DNA of 63,723 nt, the filler included, from Octopus bimaculoides (lineage: Eukaryota): NCBI RefSeq assembly GCF_001194135.2. It is 7 parts of 7 records of this genome, joined end to end, with 100 filler letters (N's around TTAATTAATTAA, not from the genome) between each part and the next. Parts side by side here need not be neighbours in the genome. Positions count along the whole stretch, not along the records: positions 1 to 10,428 come from NC_068986.1; positions 10,529 to 20,743 come from NC_068996.1; 5 more parts are not named here. The stretch is one strand, 5' to 3'. Position 1 is the first letter of the stretch. The number at the start of each line of letters is the position of its first letter. Made by a program: the position numbers and the translations under genes. Below are positions 1 through 12,744 of this stretch, piece by piece. Below the pieces are notes generated by a model that ran no database searches, was not told where the DNA came from, and worked only from the letters and a program-made list of their open reading frames with translations.

Positions 1-668
1 GTGGTGGTGGTGGTGGTGGTGGTGGTGGTGGTGGCAATGTTTAGATTATTGGTGGCGTGGCGCTGGGGATGATGTACGTACCCCATGGCGGGTGCTTCAG
101 ATACATACCGCAGAGACACGTAGCTACTAGCTGCTGATTCTGCCACGGATTTGCATTACTCGTAAAGATGCATCGCCATCTTGAATTTCCTGCACACGTT
201 TAGCTGTGATGACATTCACAACAACAATAATAACAGCATCTTCCTCGTCCTTATCATCATCATCATCATCATCGTCATCGTCATCAACTTTGTCACCACC
301 ACTACCACCGCCGCTACCACCACCATACTCGCCATTGTCTTCCTCGTTCTTCAGCGTCACTGCTGTTGCAAGCGTAATGATGACAGAAGAAGAAGAAGAA
401 GAAGAAGAAGAAGAAGAAGAAGAAGAAGAAGAAGAAGAAGAAGAAGAAGAAGAAGAAGAAGAGCGACAACAATAACAGCAAAAATAATAATCGACAGCAA
501 ACAACATTCGTAAACAACAACAAAAAGCCGTCAGCAGCAACCACATAGACGACGTTGATGCAAACAACAACAGTAAAAAAAAAAAACAACCAACAAAAAC
601 AACACTTAAAACAACAACAACAACAACAACAACAGCAACAACAACAGCTACTACTGCTGCTACTGCTG

Positions 669-711
<43 letters not shown>

Positions 712-712
712 A
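1..712. repeat. Compound trinucleotide microsatellite block: (GTG)n, (CAT)n, (CAC)n, (GAA)n, (CAA)n, (CTA)n
   Basis: Read directly; explains the poly-V/S/D/R/E ORFs in the track. Confidence 0.95.
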
Positions 713-903
713 TAGATAACAGAATTAACAAAAAACATTTCCCATTAGCATGAAGATATGCAAATGTCATTTTACACATGCGCATTCAGCGGAAGAAAAT
801 AGAAACACTAATGTACGCTCACTGATACACACATACAATAATACGTACACACATGCACACATATATACATACATGCATGCACACACACATATATACACAC
901 ACA

Positions 904-956
<53 letters not shown>

Positions 957-1266
957 CCTTTTCTCTCTCTCTCTCTCTCTTTATATATATATATGTATAT
1001 ATATATATATNNNNNNNNNNNNNNNNNNNNNNNNNNNNNNNNNNNNNNNNNNNNNNNNNNNNNNNNNNNNNNNNNNNNNNNNNNNNNNNNNNNNNNNNNN
1101 NNNNNNNNNNNNNNNNNNNNNNNNNNNNNNNNNNNNNNNNNNNNNNNNNNNNNNNNNNNNNNNNNNNNNNNNNNNNNNNNNNNNNNNNNNNNNNNNNNNN
1201 NNNNNNNNNNNNACAGAGACCGAGGGACCGAGACAGTAAGAGAAATATATGAATATATATATATAC

Positions 1267-1348
<82 letters not shown>

Positions 1349-3112
1349 TTGAAAAGCAGGAAAAATAAGGGATATATATTTATTTTTATGCATGAGATAA
1401 GCAGGGTTTATATTCCTGGCAGGGCTTCTTTCAGTCGGGCCATTAGTAGACTGCATACATAGCTGAACGGTAACAGAATGGATGCACTGCAAGCGATGTA
1501 AACTTTGCAAGCAGTGAAGCGATAAAAACCGTTGGAGTCTGTTAACCTTGAAATTTATGAAGAAAAGTTTTGATATGTGTCGGCAAATTGGAATTACTAT
1601 TTTTATAGCTTAATATTTAAATTCGGGCAATGTTGAAATCCTCTATGAGACAGAAAATAGTCTATCATTGTCCATGTCTTATTCGTGTTTTCTTTTTGTC
1701 TTTTGATCATCACTTATGCTTCGACAGCTTTGTTGTGTTTTCCAAGTCGCAAAAACGTAATGCCCTAATACAAGCGAATTTTAAAGGAGTAATTTTCTAA
1801 ATCCTAGGCTGGCCTTTGACATCTTACTGAGGGAAGCTAATTAATCCAGTTGAAATGCTTTTCAGTAGGCTTTTGTCATTTAGGACACAAAACTCTAAAT
1901 TTCGGCAAAATTACGTCACTTCAATTCATACTGTTTACAATATTTTGTACTGTCAATCTTAGTGACTCAAGTTACGATTTTGTACGCAGCAGTAGTTCAA
2001 CTTAATGTTGTTTTTGTTGACCTGTTGATTGAATATGTAATCACTCGGAATACATCCCACCAATTACAGATAAGAAATATTTTACAGCACTATTTCCGAC
2101 AGCAATGTTGCACTGTGTTTTATATATTTGTTTCCCTGACGTTAACAGAATGTTTGTTATATGATAATGTTGAGTCCTTGGTTGCCTCCAGATATCAATT
2201 ACCTGTTACAGACTTGCTGTGTACTCTGCCGCCTAGTTGTCCATCGGACGATAATGCATTTAAACCCTTGCTGATGGTTATTCCTATATACTTTACGATT
2301 GTATCTAGTTTACCCTAAGAATGACATTTAAAAAGTCTTCTATCGTGATGTTTACCTCACACCAAATTTGTTATATGTTCTAATTAATGGTTTCCTGGGG
2401 ATACTGTTTGCGCGTTATTTCGAACCGTTAAAAGACATGAGCCGTCATCTCTGTACATGCCCACAATAGAAACAAAGCGCAATCTCTCCACTTCTTCAAG
2501 CAGGACAAAATTTAGCAGCACAGATATTTCGACAACTTTAAAATTATTCATGATATTCAAATCGCTCGTTCAGCAAGTACTCTTGTTAAAATGAGGGCCT
2601 TCCTGACATGTACAATGATCTGCAAGTGTCGTGATGTGGTATTGAGATATATTCTGATGACGGAAACAGTCCCCATATAGTTTGCATGACAAAAATTAAC
2701 AGCTAAATCTCCCTCAAATCACACCTTATTTGCATAAATACACACAAACACACACACACATATACACACACAACACATATATACACATATAATACATGTA
2801 TACATACATATATCTATACATATACTCGTATATTATGTACACAGACGCACACAAAGACATGTGTTTGTATGTGTGTGTGTGTGTTTCTCACTCTCACTCT
2901 TTCTATATCTATCTCTGGGGTATATGTGTGTGTGTTTGTGGGTGTTTGTATGTATGTATGCATGCATGTATGTATATATATTTATGTCTGTTATTCTATT
3001 TATTATGCGCCCTTTTAAAGCCTTGCCAGGCACATGGGCCCGGTTTCCCGGTTTCTATGGCGTATGTGTTCCCCTCAGCTGGACGGGACGCCAGTCCATC
3101 ACAGCGTTATTC

Positions 3113-3307
3113 AAGAAACAGGAGGAAAGAGTGAGTGAAAGTTGGGGCGAAAGAGTACAACAGGGGTTAACACCCCACCCCCTGCCGGAGCCTCGTGGAG
3201 CTTTAGGTGTTTTCGCTCGATAAACACACAACGCCCGGTTTGGGAATCGAAACCGAGACCCTCCGACCGCGAGTCCACTGCCCTAACCACTGGGCCATTG
3301 CGCCTCC
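3113..3307 (-). mobile_element. tRNA-derived SINE family 3 (tRNA-Arg-like head), 3'-truncated
   Basis: Minus strand reads ggaggcgcaatggcccagtggttagggc...ggtttcgattccc (Pol III A and B boxes); homologous to 21237-21620. Confidence 0.85.
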
Positions 3308-3796
3308 GCATCTATGTATGTATGTATGTATGTATTCACGCCTAGTTACACAGACATATTGGTTCCAAATGTTCACACAAGGCCAGTAACATCGAGGCAA
3401 AGGCGTAATTCGATTACAACGACCCCAGTACTCAAACGGTTCTTATTTTATCCATTCCGAAAGAGTGAAAGACAAAGTCTACCCCGGAACTTACATATAT
3501 TTCTTCTTTCATTTTTTCTTTTATTTATTCAACTAGCTCTTTCATTGTAAATTACTTCCTCTANNNNNNNNNNNNNCTTTGCTTATCTTCTTTCACAAAC
3601 TTCTTTTTGTTTTCCTTTCTTCTCTCTTATCAATATTTTTCTTTATCTTCTTTCGTTCCATTGCATCCTTCATTGTTTCAGTGTTTTTTTTTTTTTCTCT
3701 AATCATTCAGTTTTACTCCTTATAACCTTCTTTCGTTATCTGTAATTCTTCTGCAATTCTATCGTTTCTTTTTCTTCACATTCCACATTAAACACA

Positions 3797-3841
<45 letters not shown>

Positions 3842-4143
3842 GCACACACATAGACACACTCACACACACACGCACACATACACACACACACACACGTACA
3901 TACACACAGACACGTACATACACATGTTGACACACACATGTCGGTATATACGTGTGTATTTGTATATAAGTGTGTGAGTTGTCTTTGAACACCTTTAGTA
4001 CTCACCTGCACTTTTAGAGCATAAAAGAAAAAGTTATGCCACAATAAGTAAAGAAAAACAAATAGCAATCTCTCTGAAAAAACTCTGCAAAAGATATAGA
4101 TAAAAGGAGAAGAAGGAATGATGCAACAATTAAAACATAGATA

Positions 4144-4182
<39 letters not shown>

Positions 4183-4205
4183 ATATATATATATATATAT
4201 ATGCA

Positions 4206-4535
4206 GGCGCAGGGGTGGCTGTGTGGTAAGATGCTTGCTTTCCAACCATATGGTTCCGGGGTCATATATATGTCTGTATGTAAGTATGTATGTATGTATG
4301 TATGTATGTATTTGTATGTATTTGTTATTTGTGTCTGTGTTTGTCCCTCCACCCCATCGGTTGACAATCGATGTTGATGTGTTTACGCCGCAGTAACTTC
4401 ACGGTTCGGTTATACGAGACCGATAGAATAAGTGCTAGGCTTACAAAGGATAAGTATTGGGGTCGATTTGTTCGACTAAAGGCGGTGCTGCAGCATGGCC
4501 GCAATCAAGTTACTGAAACAAGTAAAACAGTAAAA
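4206..4535 (+). mobile_element. CORE-type tRNA-derived SINE (family 1), internally deleted: head 4206-4262, tail ~4330-4535
   Basis: Head and tail match the full copy at 53957-54345. Confidence 0.85.
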
Positions 4536-4595
4536 GAATGACTCTATACTGTTTTCCCCCATCTTTCTCTAATTCCTGTTTTCTCTCCTTCACCA

Positions 4596-4626
<31 letters not shown>

Positions 4627-4984
4627 CTTTTCTCTCTCTCTTGCTTTTCTCTCCTTTTCTCTCTCTTGTTCCCACGTGACCATTGTTCATCTTTCTTTTC
4701 CTCACGTGACCATCTTCCTTTTCTTACACGACGTTCGAGGGACTGGACGTCTTGTATCTCTCTCTTCTATCTTTTCTCTTTTCAAAGAAAATATTTCTTC
4801 CAGCGCTCACTATTTTCCCTCTCGTTCTGGTCTAAATACACTCCATGTTTCTTTTCGTTCGTTCCTTGACTCCACTGTCCTGTTTTTGTTCCCAACTTTG
4901 ACCTTCCATAAAATCCAAATTAATCATCGGTTATTCATTATTTGAAAGCAGGCAACATATAACCGAAGGTTTCAAGTAATTCCT

Positions 4985-5185
4985 TCTCCTGTGACTCAAA
5001 GAGACAATACTCACATTAGAATGCGAGATCTACCCAACAATACAGTCTTCTGGATCATCTTGAGCCTGACAACAGCTCCAATACCCTTGACATGTTTTTC
5101 AAAGCCCCTGGAAACTGCTCCTAATGCTCCAGTTACCACCGATATCACCATTACTTTCTTCATGCCCCATAACTTTCTTATCTCG
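4985..5185 (-). mobile_element. R4/Dong-like LINE, extreme 3' coding fragment (subfamily B)
   Basis: Minus translation EIRKLWGMKKVMVISVVTGALGAVSRGFEKHVKGIGAVVRLKMIQKTVLLGRSRILM resembles the C-terminus after the restriction-like endonuclease (RLE) of R4-clade elements. Confidence 0.75.
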
Positions 5186-5199
5186 TTATTATTATTATT

Positions 5200-5577
5200 G
5201 TTCAGTAGTTTTATTTTTATAACGTGCTTTCACTTCACTACCAAGCGCAGCTCTGTGCGCCTTGGGTATGTGCTGTGGTTTGCTGTGGTGCTCTTATGGT
5301 TACTGTATTGAAAGTGTTTTGCGTAGAATGTGTGCAGTACCCAGTAGTGCAATTTTCTGTATGTTATATATATTTGTAAGTCCTGGTGTTTTTGTTATGT
5401 ATTTGTCTGAATATTTTTTTATTATAACTAAGGCACCTACTATGATAGGAATTGTTTCTGTTTTTAGATTCCACATTCGAGTTATCTCTATTTCCAGGTC
5501 TTTGTATTTTGAAAGTTTTTCCATTTCTTTTAGAGAAACGTTGTCATCTGCTGGTATTGATACATCAATTAGAAAGC

Positions 5578-5578
<1 letters not shown>
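5200..5578 (-). mobile_element. R4/Dong-like LINE 3' end (subfamily A): RLE C-terminus plus 3' UTR
   Basis: ORF 5300-5524 KYKDLEIEITRMW...IPIIVGAL...LLGTAHILRKTL; (TTA)n on both sides; close homologue at 26456-26835. Confidence 0.9.
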
Positions 5579-5646
<68 letters not shown>

Positions 5647-7401
5647 CGTCAACATCATCGTCATCATCATCATCATCATCATTATTATTATTATTAGTGT
5701 TGCTGTTGTTGTTATGATTAGGCCTCTTGCAACTTAAAGTTTCCTAGACTCGTCACAGAAGCCTAGCTATAGGTTTATAGATCCCCATATACTGCAATAA
5801 TATTCCTCACACTTTCCGTTGCTTTGTTGCCCTTATTGAATTCACAAAGTGAATATAGCTTTGAAAAAACAACTGTTAAAATCGAACTACACTCATCAAA
5901 ACTTGCACTAAGAATAAGAACAAAGTTAAATAAACATGCTTTTACAGCAAATTGATGCAGGTAGTTTATCCCATCCCCCCTCTGACTTTTACTTCATGCA
6001 ATTGAAAAAAAATACATTATTTATGGGATGACCTAATAGTATGTGAAGGGGGTTCACGCAAGCGAAATAGTAAGTTGGGCACACACAGTAGTATATTAAT
6101 GGTCTATGAAAAATATTTTTCGCTTTAGATGTATCTATTGCAAGAAATAGCCAGGTTTCTTCTTCAAATGTCTTACATAATTCAACATACGCAAGTAAAT
6201 GTTTGAAAAACAATATAGGAATTTTGAAAGACGTTTCTATAAATCTAGCTTTTAAACATTGAATGGCTATGGGGCCCCACCAGTGTGAAATAGTAATTAA
6301 GGATGTCCAATGGTAAAAGACAGATGAGAATCACTGTTCTAACATCTATCGTTCTTTTTAAGGGACCTTCGATGTATCAAGAATTTTTTCTTATCTTTCA
6401 GTCGGAGAAAAGACAGTGCCTATATCATTCACAGGGTTTGCAAGACTGGTGAGAAGAACGAGGTTTCAATCCGTTGATCCGGCCTGAAATGTTTGCAACA
6501 GAGTAAAACCTGCAAAGGTACCCACAGTAGTTATTCCAGGATATGGATTGAGTCTATAACCCAGGTATGCTAATGCGGGATTTGAGATCAAGACGTAAAA
6601 TATTGGAAGAAATACAACAAAACACCTGACCCGATATTGTTACAATTTCGCTAATCAATTGCTTTGGATTGGTACTTCTTTAAATATCTTGAAATGATAA
6701 AAAAAAAAAAAAGGCAAGGTTGATCTCCGCGGAGTTCGAACTAAGAGACGAAATCCAGAATTCAGTCAGGCACTAAACGACACCGCCAATTCGCCATCAG
6801 ACTTAAGTAATCTATAATAGGAAACATTAGCTGCGTAATAATATAATATATTGAGAAATAGTGCCAAGTGTTACAGAGACGCTGATATTAGAAAAATATT
6901 TGGTAAACATAAGAAAATAAGAACCAAAAATAGGGAGCAGCTCTTCGACCAGGTAGGAGAAAAGGGAATCAAATCCTTTTTAAACACATCAGGGTTGTCA
7001 ATTTGACAATCAGACAGACATACTGACAGATTTCCACTGATTGACAGAGGTTGTAAGAAGGTGAGATGGGAAGGGTGTTACGATACACAGCGGGACAAAC
7101 GGAAAGAGATGTGCAGACAAATTCAGGTGAGGAATGGCAGATGTGGGGCGAGGGAGTATAGTGATAAATATAGGAAATAGACAGATAGATAGATAGAGGG
7201 AGAGCCAGAAAGAGAGACAGAGAGACAGACGGTGATGCATAAAAATAAAGGGATGAAGACATAGACATATAAGCAGGCTGTTAGAGGACGACATATACAC
7301 AAAAACATGCATATATATATATATGTATATATATATATATGTATATATGTGTGTGTGTGTGTGTGTGTCTCCGTGTGTCTGCGTGTGTCTGTGTGTAGCT
7401 G

Positions 7402-7470
<69 letters not shown>

Positions 7471-8996
7471 TTGGATATACAGACATACAGCCAGGCTGCA
7501 AGACTGCCATGACATGATATAAGACATTCACAATCACATCTTTCAATCGCACACAAAACACGCACTGAACACTAATAGACACGTACGTACACGCACACAA
7601 AAAAAAAAACATCTACACACACACAACAAACACCCACATACATACATGTATACATAGATGCATACACAGAGTCGGATAAACACTGTGGTGTGCTTCGAAA
7701 TGAAAAAAGGAAGTGCAGTATAGATTTTATTTCATTTATATTTATTCCTTATTTATAAACTTCAAAATACTTTCTATTTCTTTAACGAACTCCCGCTCTC
7801 ACCTCACCTTTTTACTCGACACCTTCCCTATTTAAACGTGTGTGTGTGTATGCACACATACACAAACACATATATATGTATATATATATATATATNNNNN
7901 NNNNNNNNNNNNNNNNNNNNNNNNNNNNNNNNNNNNNNNNNNNNNNNNNNNNNNNNNNNNNNNNNNNNNNNNNNNNNNNNNNNNNNNNNNNNNNNNNNNN
8001 NNNNNNNNNNNNNNNNNNNNNNNNNNNNNNNNNNNNNNNNNNNNNNNNNNNNNNNNNNNNNNNNNNNNNNNNNNNNNNNNNNNNNNNNNNNNNNNNNNNN
8101 NNNNNNNNNNNNNNNNNNNNNNNNNNNNNNNNNNNNNNNNNNNNNNNNNNNNNNNNNNNNNNNNNNNNNNNNNNNNNNNNNNNNNNNNNNNNNNNNNNNN
8201 NNNNNNNNNNNNNNNNNNNNNNNNNNNNNNNNNNNNNNNNNNNNNNNNNNNNNNNNNNNNNNNNNNNNNNNNNNNNNNNNNNNNNNNNNNNNNNNNNNNN
8301 NNNNNNNNNNNNNNNNNNNNNNNNNNNNNNNNNNNNNNNNNNNNNNNNNNNNNNNNNNNNNNNNNNNNNNNNNNNNNNNNNNNNNNNNNNNNNNNNNNNN
8401 NNNNNNNNNNNNNNNNNNNNNNNNNNNNNNNNNNNNNNNNNNNNNNNNNNNNNNNNNNNNNNNNNNNNNNNNNNNNNNNNNNNNNNNNNNNNNNNNNNNN
8501 NNNNNNNNNNNNNNNNNNNNNNNNNNNNNNNNNNNNNNNNNNNNNNNNNNNNNNNNNNNNNNNNNNNNNNNNNNNNNNNNNNNNNNNNNNNNNNNNNNNN
8601 NNNNNNNNNNNNNNNNNNNNNNNNNNNNNNNNNNNNNNTATATATATATAAATTATATATACATATACATACATATATACATATATACATATATATATAT
8701 GTACATGCATACACACACACATATGCTCATTTATATGCTTACACATTCATACACATAACGAGATAGAGAAATATAAGGTTTGATGCAAAGCCGGTGTTCA
8801 TGGAATTGGATACCTGCACGTATGTGCAAAGCATATTTGTGTGCGTGTATACATATTCTATATACGTGCGCGCGCGTGTGTGCATGTGTGTACACTTGGT
8901 TATATAATATTATGTTTTTGAAAAATAGATAAATATATATTTAATAGATATTTTCTAATGCCAGGCATATACACACACAGACACACATATACATAT

Positions 8997-9071
<75 letters not shown>

Positions 9072-9111
9072 CATATATATATAAACATATATATATATAA
9101 ACATACATATA

Positions 9112-10335
9112 CGCCCACTCCAATGTGGATGTGATATATCTCGAGTTTGCAAAGGCTTTCCATAAAGCTGATCATGGAATGATATGTCACAAACTGCGTG
9201 ATTTCGTTTTAGTGGGGAAATTGGGAAGATAGCTGTCTGACTTTCTGAAAGGTAGACGTCAAGTAGGAGTAGCCAATGGAACCACCTCCAAAATAGTGAG
9301 CAGTGTTCCGCAAGGCACTGTTTTGGTACCACTATGGTTCATAATGTCCCTCTCAGATATGCCCTCAGCCATCTAGAGAGCCACAATCACAAGTTATGCA
9401 GATGATACAAAAGTCTCACAGCTGATACAGAACCGTGAAGACGCTATGCACCTGCAATGGGAGTTGGAGGAAATAGAGAAGTGGGCTGAAAAGAATAGTA
9501 TGCAGTTTAATGCTGAAAAGTTTCAAGCCCTATGCTATCAAGCAGGCAAAACTAAATGCACTACCAATTAAATACACTGGACCTGAAGGGATTGCGATCC
9601 CAGTGACACAGTCAGTGCGAGACCTGGTCATTTACATGAGTCATGCTGCTAAGTTGACAATGAAATGCAGGCGGCTGATCGGATGGATTCTTAGAACGGA
9701 AACTACGATGGTCATCTAGAGGACATTTGTCCTAAGCCGATCTGACTATTGCTCCCAGCTATGTTCACCAACCAGTATAAAATTAGTTGCAGAACTTGAG
9801 GCAATATAACGAAGATACACGAGGAAAATAACTTCTATGCAGCATATAAGCTACTGAGAAAGACTCGTGAGATTGAGACTCTAATCCCTAGAGTGTAGGC
9901 GAGAAAGATATGCCGTAGTATACATCTGGAAGACCCTAGAAGGACTTGTCCCAAACTTTGGCATTGAGAGTTACACTAACGCTAGAACGAGGCGTCACTG
10001 CATAGTGCCAAAGACTCCAACTTGGCCATCAAAATATAGGACAAGATATTGCAACAGCCTGGGCTTTAAAGGTCCACAGTTCTGTATCCTTCAGGAGGAC
10101 CTGAGAGACCTGCACGGGATAGATGTAAGTGTTTTGAAAGCGAAGCTAGATCGCTTACTGTCAAGTGTCCCAGATGAACCAACTTCACATCAGGAAGTGC
10201 AAATGAGGGCAGCGGCGTCAAACTCCCTCATGCACCAAAGGTCAAGTTCTAAAAAGAAATAGTAAAGTAAAAATTATGTAGCAACACCAAATAGTGGGCC
10301 CCATTACGGCCACAGCTCGTGAGCTGAAACTAGTT
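9112..10335 (+). mobile_element. CR1-group LINE, 5'-truncated and decayed (RT domain to 3' end)
   Basis: [12 protein letters not shown]...VPQGTVL...SYADDTK (YADD codons 9395-9406)...MQFNAEKF, with stops and frameshifts. Confidence 0.9.
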
Positions 10336-10361
10336 CAAGTCAAATCAATTCATATATACAT

Positions 10362-10415
<54 letters not shown>

Positions 10416-10428
10416 GTATATATATATA

Positions 10429-10528
10429 NNNNNNNNNNNNNNNNNNNNNNNNNNNNNNNNNNNNNNNNNNNNTTAATTAATTAANNNNNNNNNNNNNNNN
10501 NNNNNNNNNNNNNNNNNNNNNNNNNNNN
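10429..10528. other. Assembly gap token N44-TTAATTAATTAA-N44; the 12-mer recurs at 20788, 29287, 37423, 41840 and 62415
   Basis: Identical 12-mer centred in 100-bp gaps six times; palindromic, with a stop codon in all six frames. Confidence 0.95.
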
Positions 10529-10574
10529 TATATATGTATATATATATGTGAGTGTGTGTGTGTCTGTATCTATG

Positions 10575-10786
10575 TGTATGCATTTGTCCTTTCCACTATT
10601 GCTTGACAACCTGTGTTGGTGTGCTTGCATCCCTGTAACTTAGCACTTCAGCAAAAGAGACTGATAGAATATGTACTACGCTTAAAAAATAGGTCTTGCA
10701 GCCAATTCATTTGACTAAAAATTCAAAGCAATGCCCCAGCATGGCCACAGTCTAATGACTGAAACAAGTAAAAGATAAACAATAAA

Positions 10787-10790
<4 letters not shown>
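10575..10790 (+). mobile_element. SINE family 1 tail
   Basis: gcttgacaacc...ccagcatggccacagtctaatgactgaaacaagtaaaaga matches the tail of 53957-54345. Confidence 0.8.
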
Positions 10791-10829
<39 letters not shown>

Positions 10830-11170
10830 GAGAGAAGGAGAGAGAGAAAGAGAGGCAGGCAGGCAGGAAGATAGATATATATGACAGGCTTCTGTATATA
10901 TTTCACTTACCAAATTCAATCATAAGAGAATATAGTGGACAACACTTACTGAAGATGTTATACATTGGAATAGAACCTGAAACACAGCCATTACCTGTGT
11001 CTATATTAAATTGAAGACTTCTACCTGTTTTATGTTCAAAACAACCAGATCCAGCCTCTTGCACCTACCCTACAATATCATTCTAAAAAAAAATAAACAA
11101 TCACATCATTGAATTCTCAAAGTTACAAGACAATACATGATTAATTCAAAACAATGTGAATAAAATAAAT

Positions 11171-12270
11171 GGTGACCGGTAATAAAATCACCGTAATAAA
11201 GTCATAATTTTGGCTAGGAAAAAAGTCACAATTAATTTATGGTGGCCACTAATAAAGCCACATGTAAAAAGTTACAATTGATTTATAGGATCCAGACAAA
11301 ACCCCCCAGAACAAAACCGCCTCGGACAAACCCCACCAGACAAAACTCCTGTGCCTTTTTTTCCGTGACATTTTTTCCTGTGTCTTTTTTACCTGTGACT
11401 TTTTTTTTTTTACCTCAATTCAAATAAATAAGTCTTAAATTTGACAGAACGAGAGGTAATCTAAATGCTAACAAGTTAATTTATTATATTTATGACTTTT
11501 AATATTTTCTTTCTAGTTTTCTAAGTCCAATAACGTTTCAAGAAAATTCTTGGCTATGTCTTCTAAATCCAATACTGATAGCGTAATGGCACATCATTAC
11601 AATGTTTTGAAGTTGACAGTAAAGGGATCTAAGAATGATGTAGCCCACTGCATCACCAGAGTAGCCATAATAGTAAAAATCCAGGGAAAAAAGTCACAGG
11701 AAAAATAAATTATGGTAAAAAATTTAACAGGAAAGCAAAGTTAGTTGGCACTAGGCACAGTTACAAGAACGCCTTCATCATAAACTTTTGATTTACTCGA
11801 CGGGAGAACCACCATATGACTGTGGCAGAATTTATTTTCGTGGTGTTGACTGGAATAGTCATCTTTAGTTGTCAACCTTAAAAATACCGAATGTATTTGT
11901 AATAGTACGATACAATGTAGGGTGTTTTCAGTCTGTAACATGTCAAGTATTGTTTAATAAATGAATGACTTTTTATTTCTTTGTCTTTTGCTTATGAAAT
12001 TGAATAAAAGGTTGTCTTATCACATGTGTGTAATATCATCAAATATAAATTATGTACAAGTCATGTTTTGTCAGTCAATAACTGATTTACAATAGTTTTT
12101 GTTTTATTACTTTAAATGCTTATAGTATTTAAATGAAATGTGAAATTTGTTCTTGTAATTTTCTTTCTAGCTAAAATTGCGATATTTTCTGTGACTTTTT
12201 TCCTACTAATAAAAGTAGAACTAATAAACTGTATGCTACTTCAAATTATAAAATTAGACCACAGTGACCT
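11171..12270. mobile_element. Non-autonomous DNA-transposon-like element made of short degenerate motif arrays (MULE-like architecture)
   Basis: 11171-11400 is the reverse-complement homologue of 18840-19003; inverted motif block at ~12155-12270; family assignment is inferred. Confidence 0.45.
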
Positions 12271-12639
12271 TTTTATTTCTATTATTGTTATATTTTTAAC
12301 TTTCGATATTATAATCGCTGTTCAAGGCAGGGGACATAACTCTGTTTCTCTAATAAGTTTTTTTATGGATTTGCTGTTGTGTGGTGCACTTACCGAATTA
12401 ATAAAATGATATCACACACACACACACATACACATTTTTATATTCGTGTTTGTTTTTTTATGTTAAGTTATAATCCCTTCTACTTTGTCAACCTTGGCAG
12501 AATTTGAACTGTAAAGATGCAGGAAAAAAAATTTAACATTAAATTTGAAGAATTACTCGATACATTTGCAGAATCCAAATTTATTTTATGAAAGTTGACT
12601 CAAATACTCTCACACGCACATGCACACACAGTGGAACTT

Positions 12640-12725
12640 ATACATACGTATTCTTTTATTTGTTTCAGTCATTTGACTGCGGCCATGCTGGAGTACTGCC
12701 TTTTGTCGAAGAAATCGACCCCAAG
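12640..12725 (-). mobile_element. SINE family 1 tail, 3' part
   Basis: ttcagtcatttgactgcggccatgctggag...aaatcgacccc. Confidence 0.8.
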
Positions 12726-12744
12726 AGAAAGTTATGGCCCCGTT

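Noticed and set aside
127-738. 203-aa and overlapping ORFs with poly-V/S/D/R/E tracts
   Set aside because: Translations of trinucleotide microsatellites; several frames are open for the same reason
7812-8766. Long ORFs of 200-350 aa here and at 22398-23156, 34361-35054, 42553-43624 and 47263-48409
   Set aside because: They are open only because they run through N gaps
10473-10484. Six identical TTAATTAATTAA islands that look like a regularly repeated motif
   Set aside because: Always centred in 100-bp gaps (N44 each side); an assembler placeholder, not biology
11800-11870. STGEPPYDCGRIY...NSHL resembling a C2H2 zinc-finger linker (TGEKPY)
   Set aside because: Lacks the second Cys and the His pair, is not repeated, and is bounded by stops
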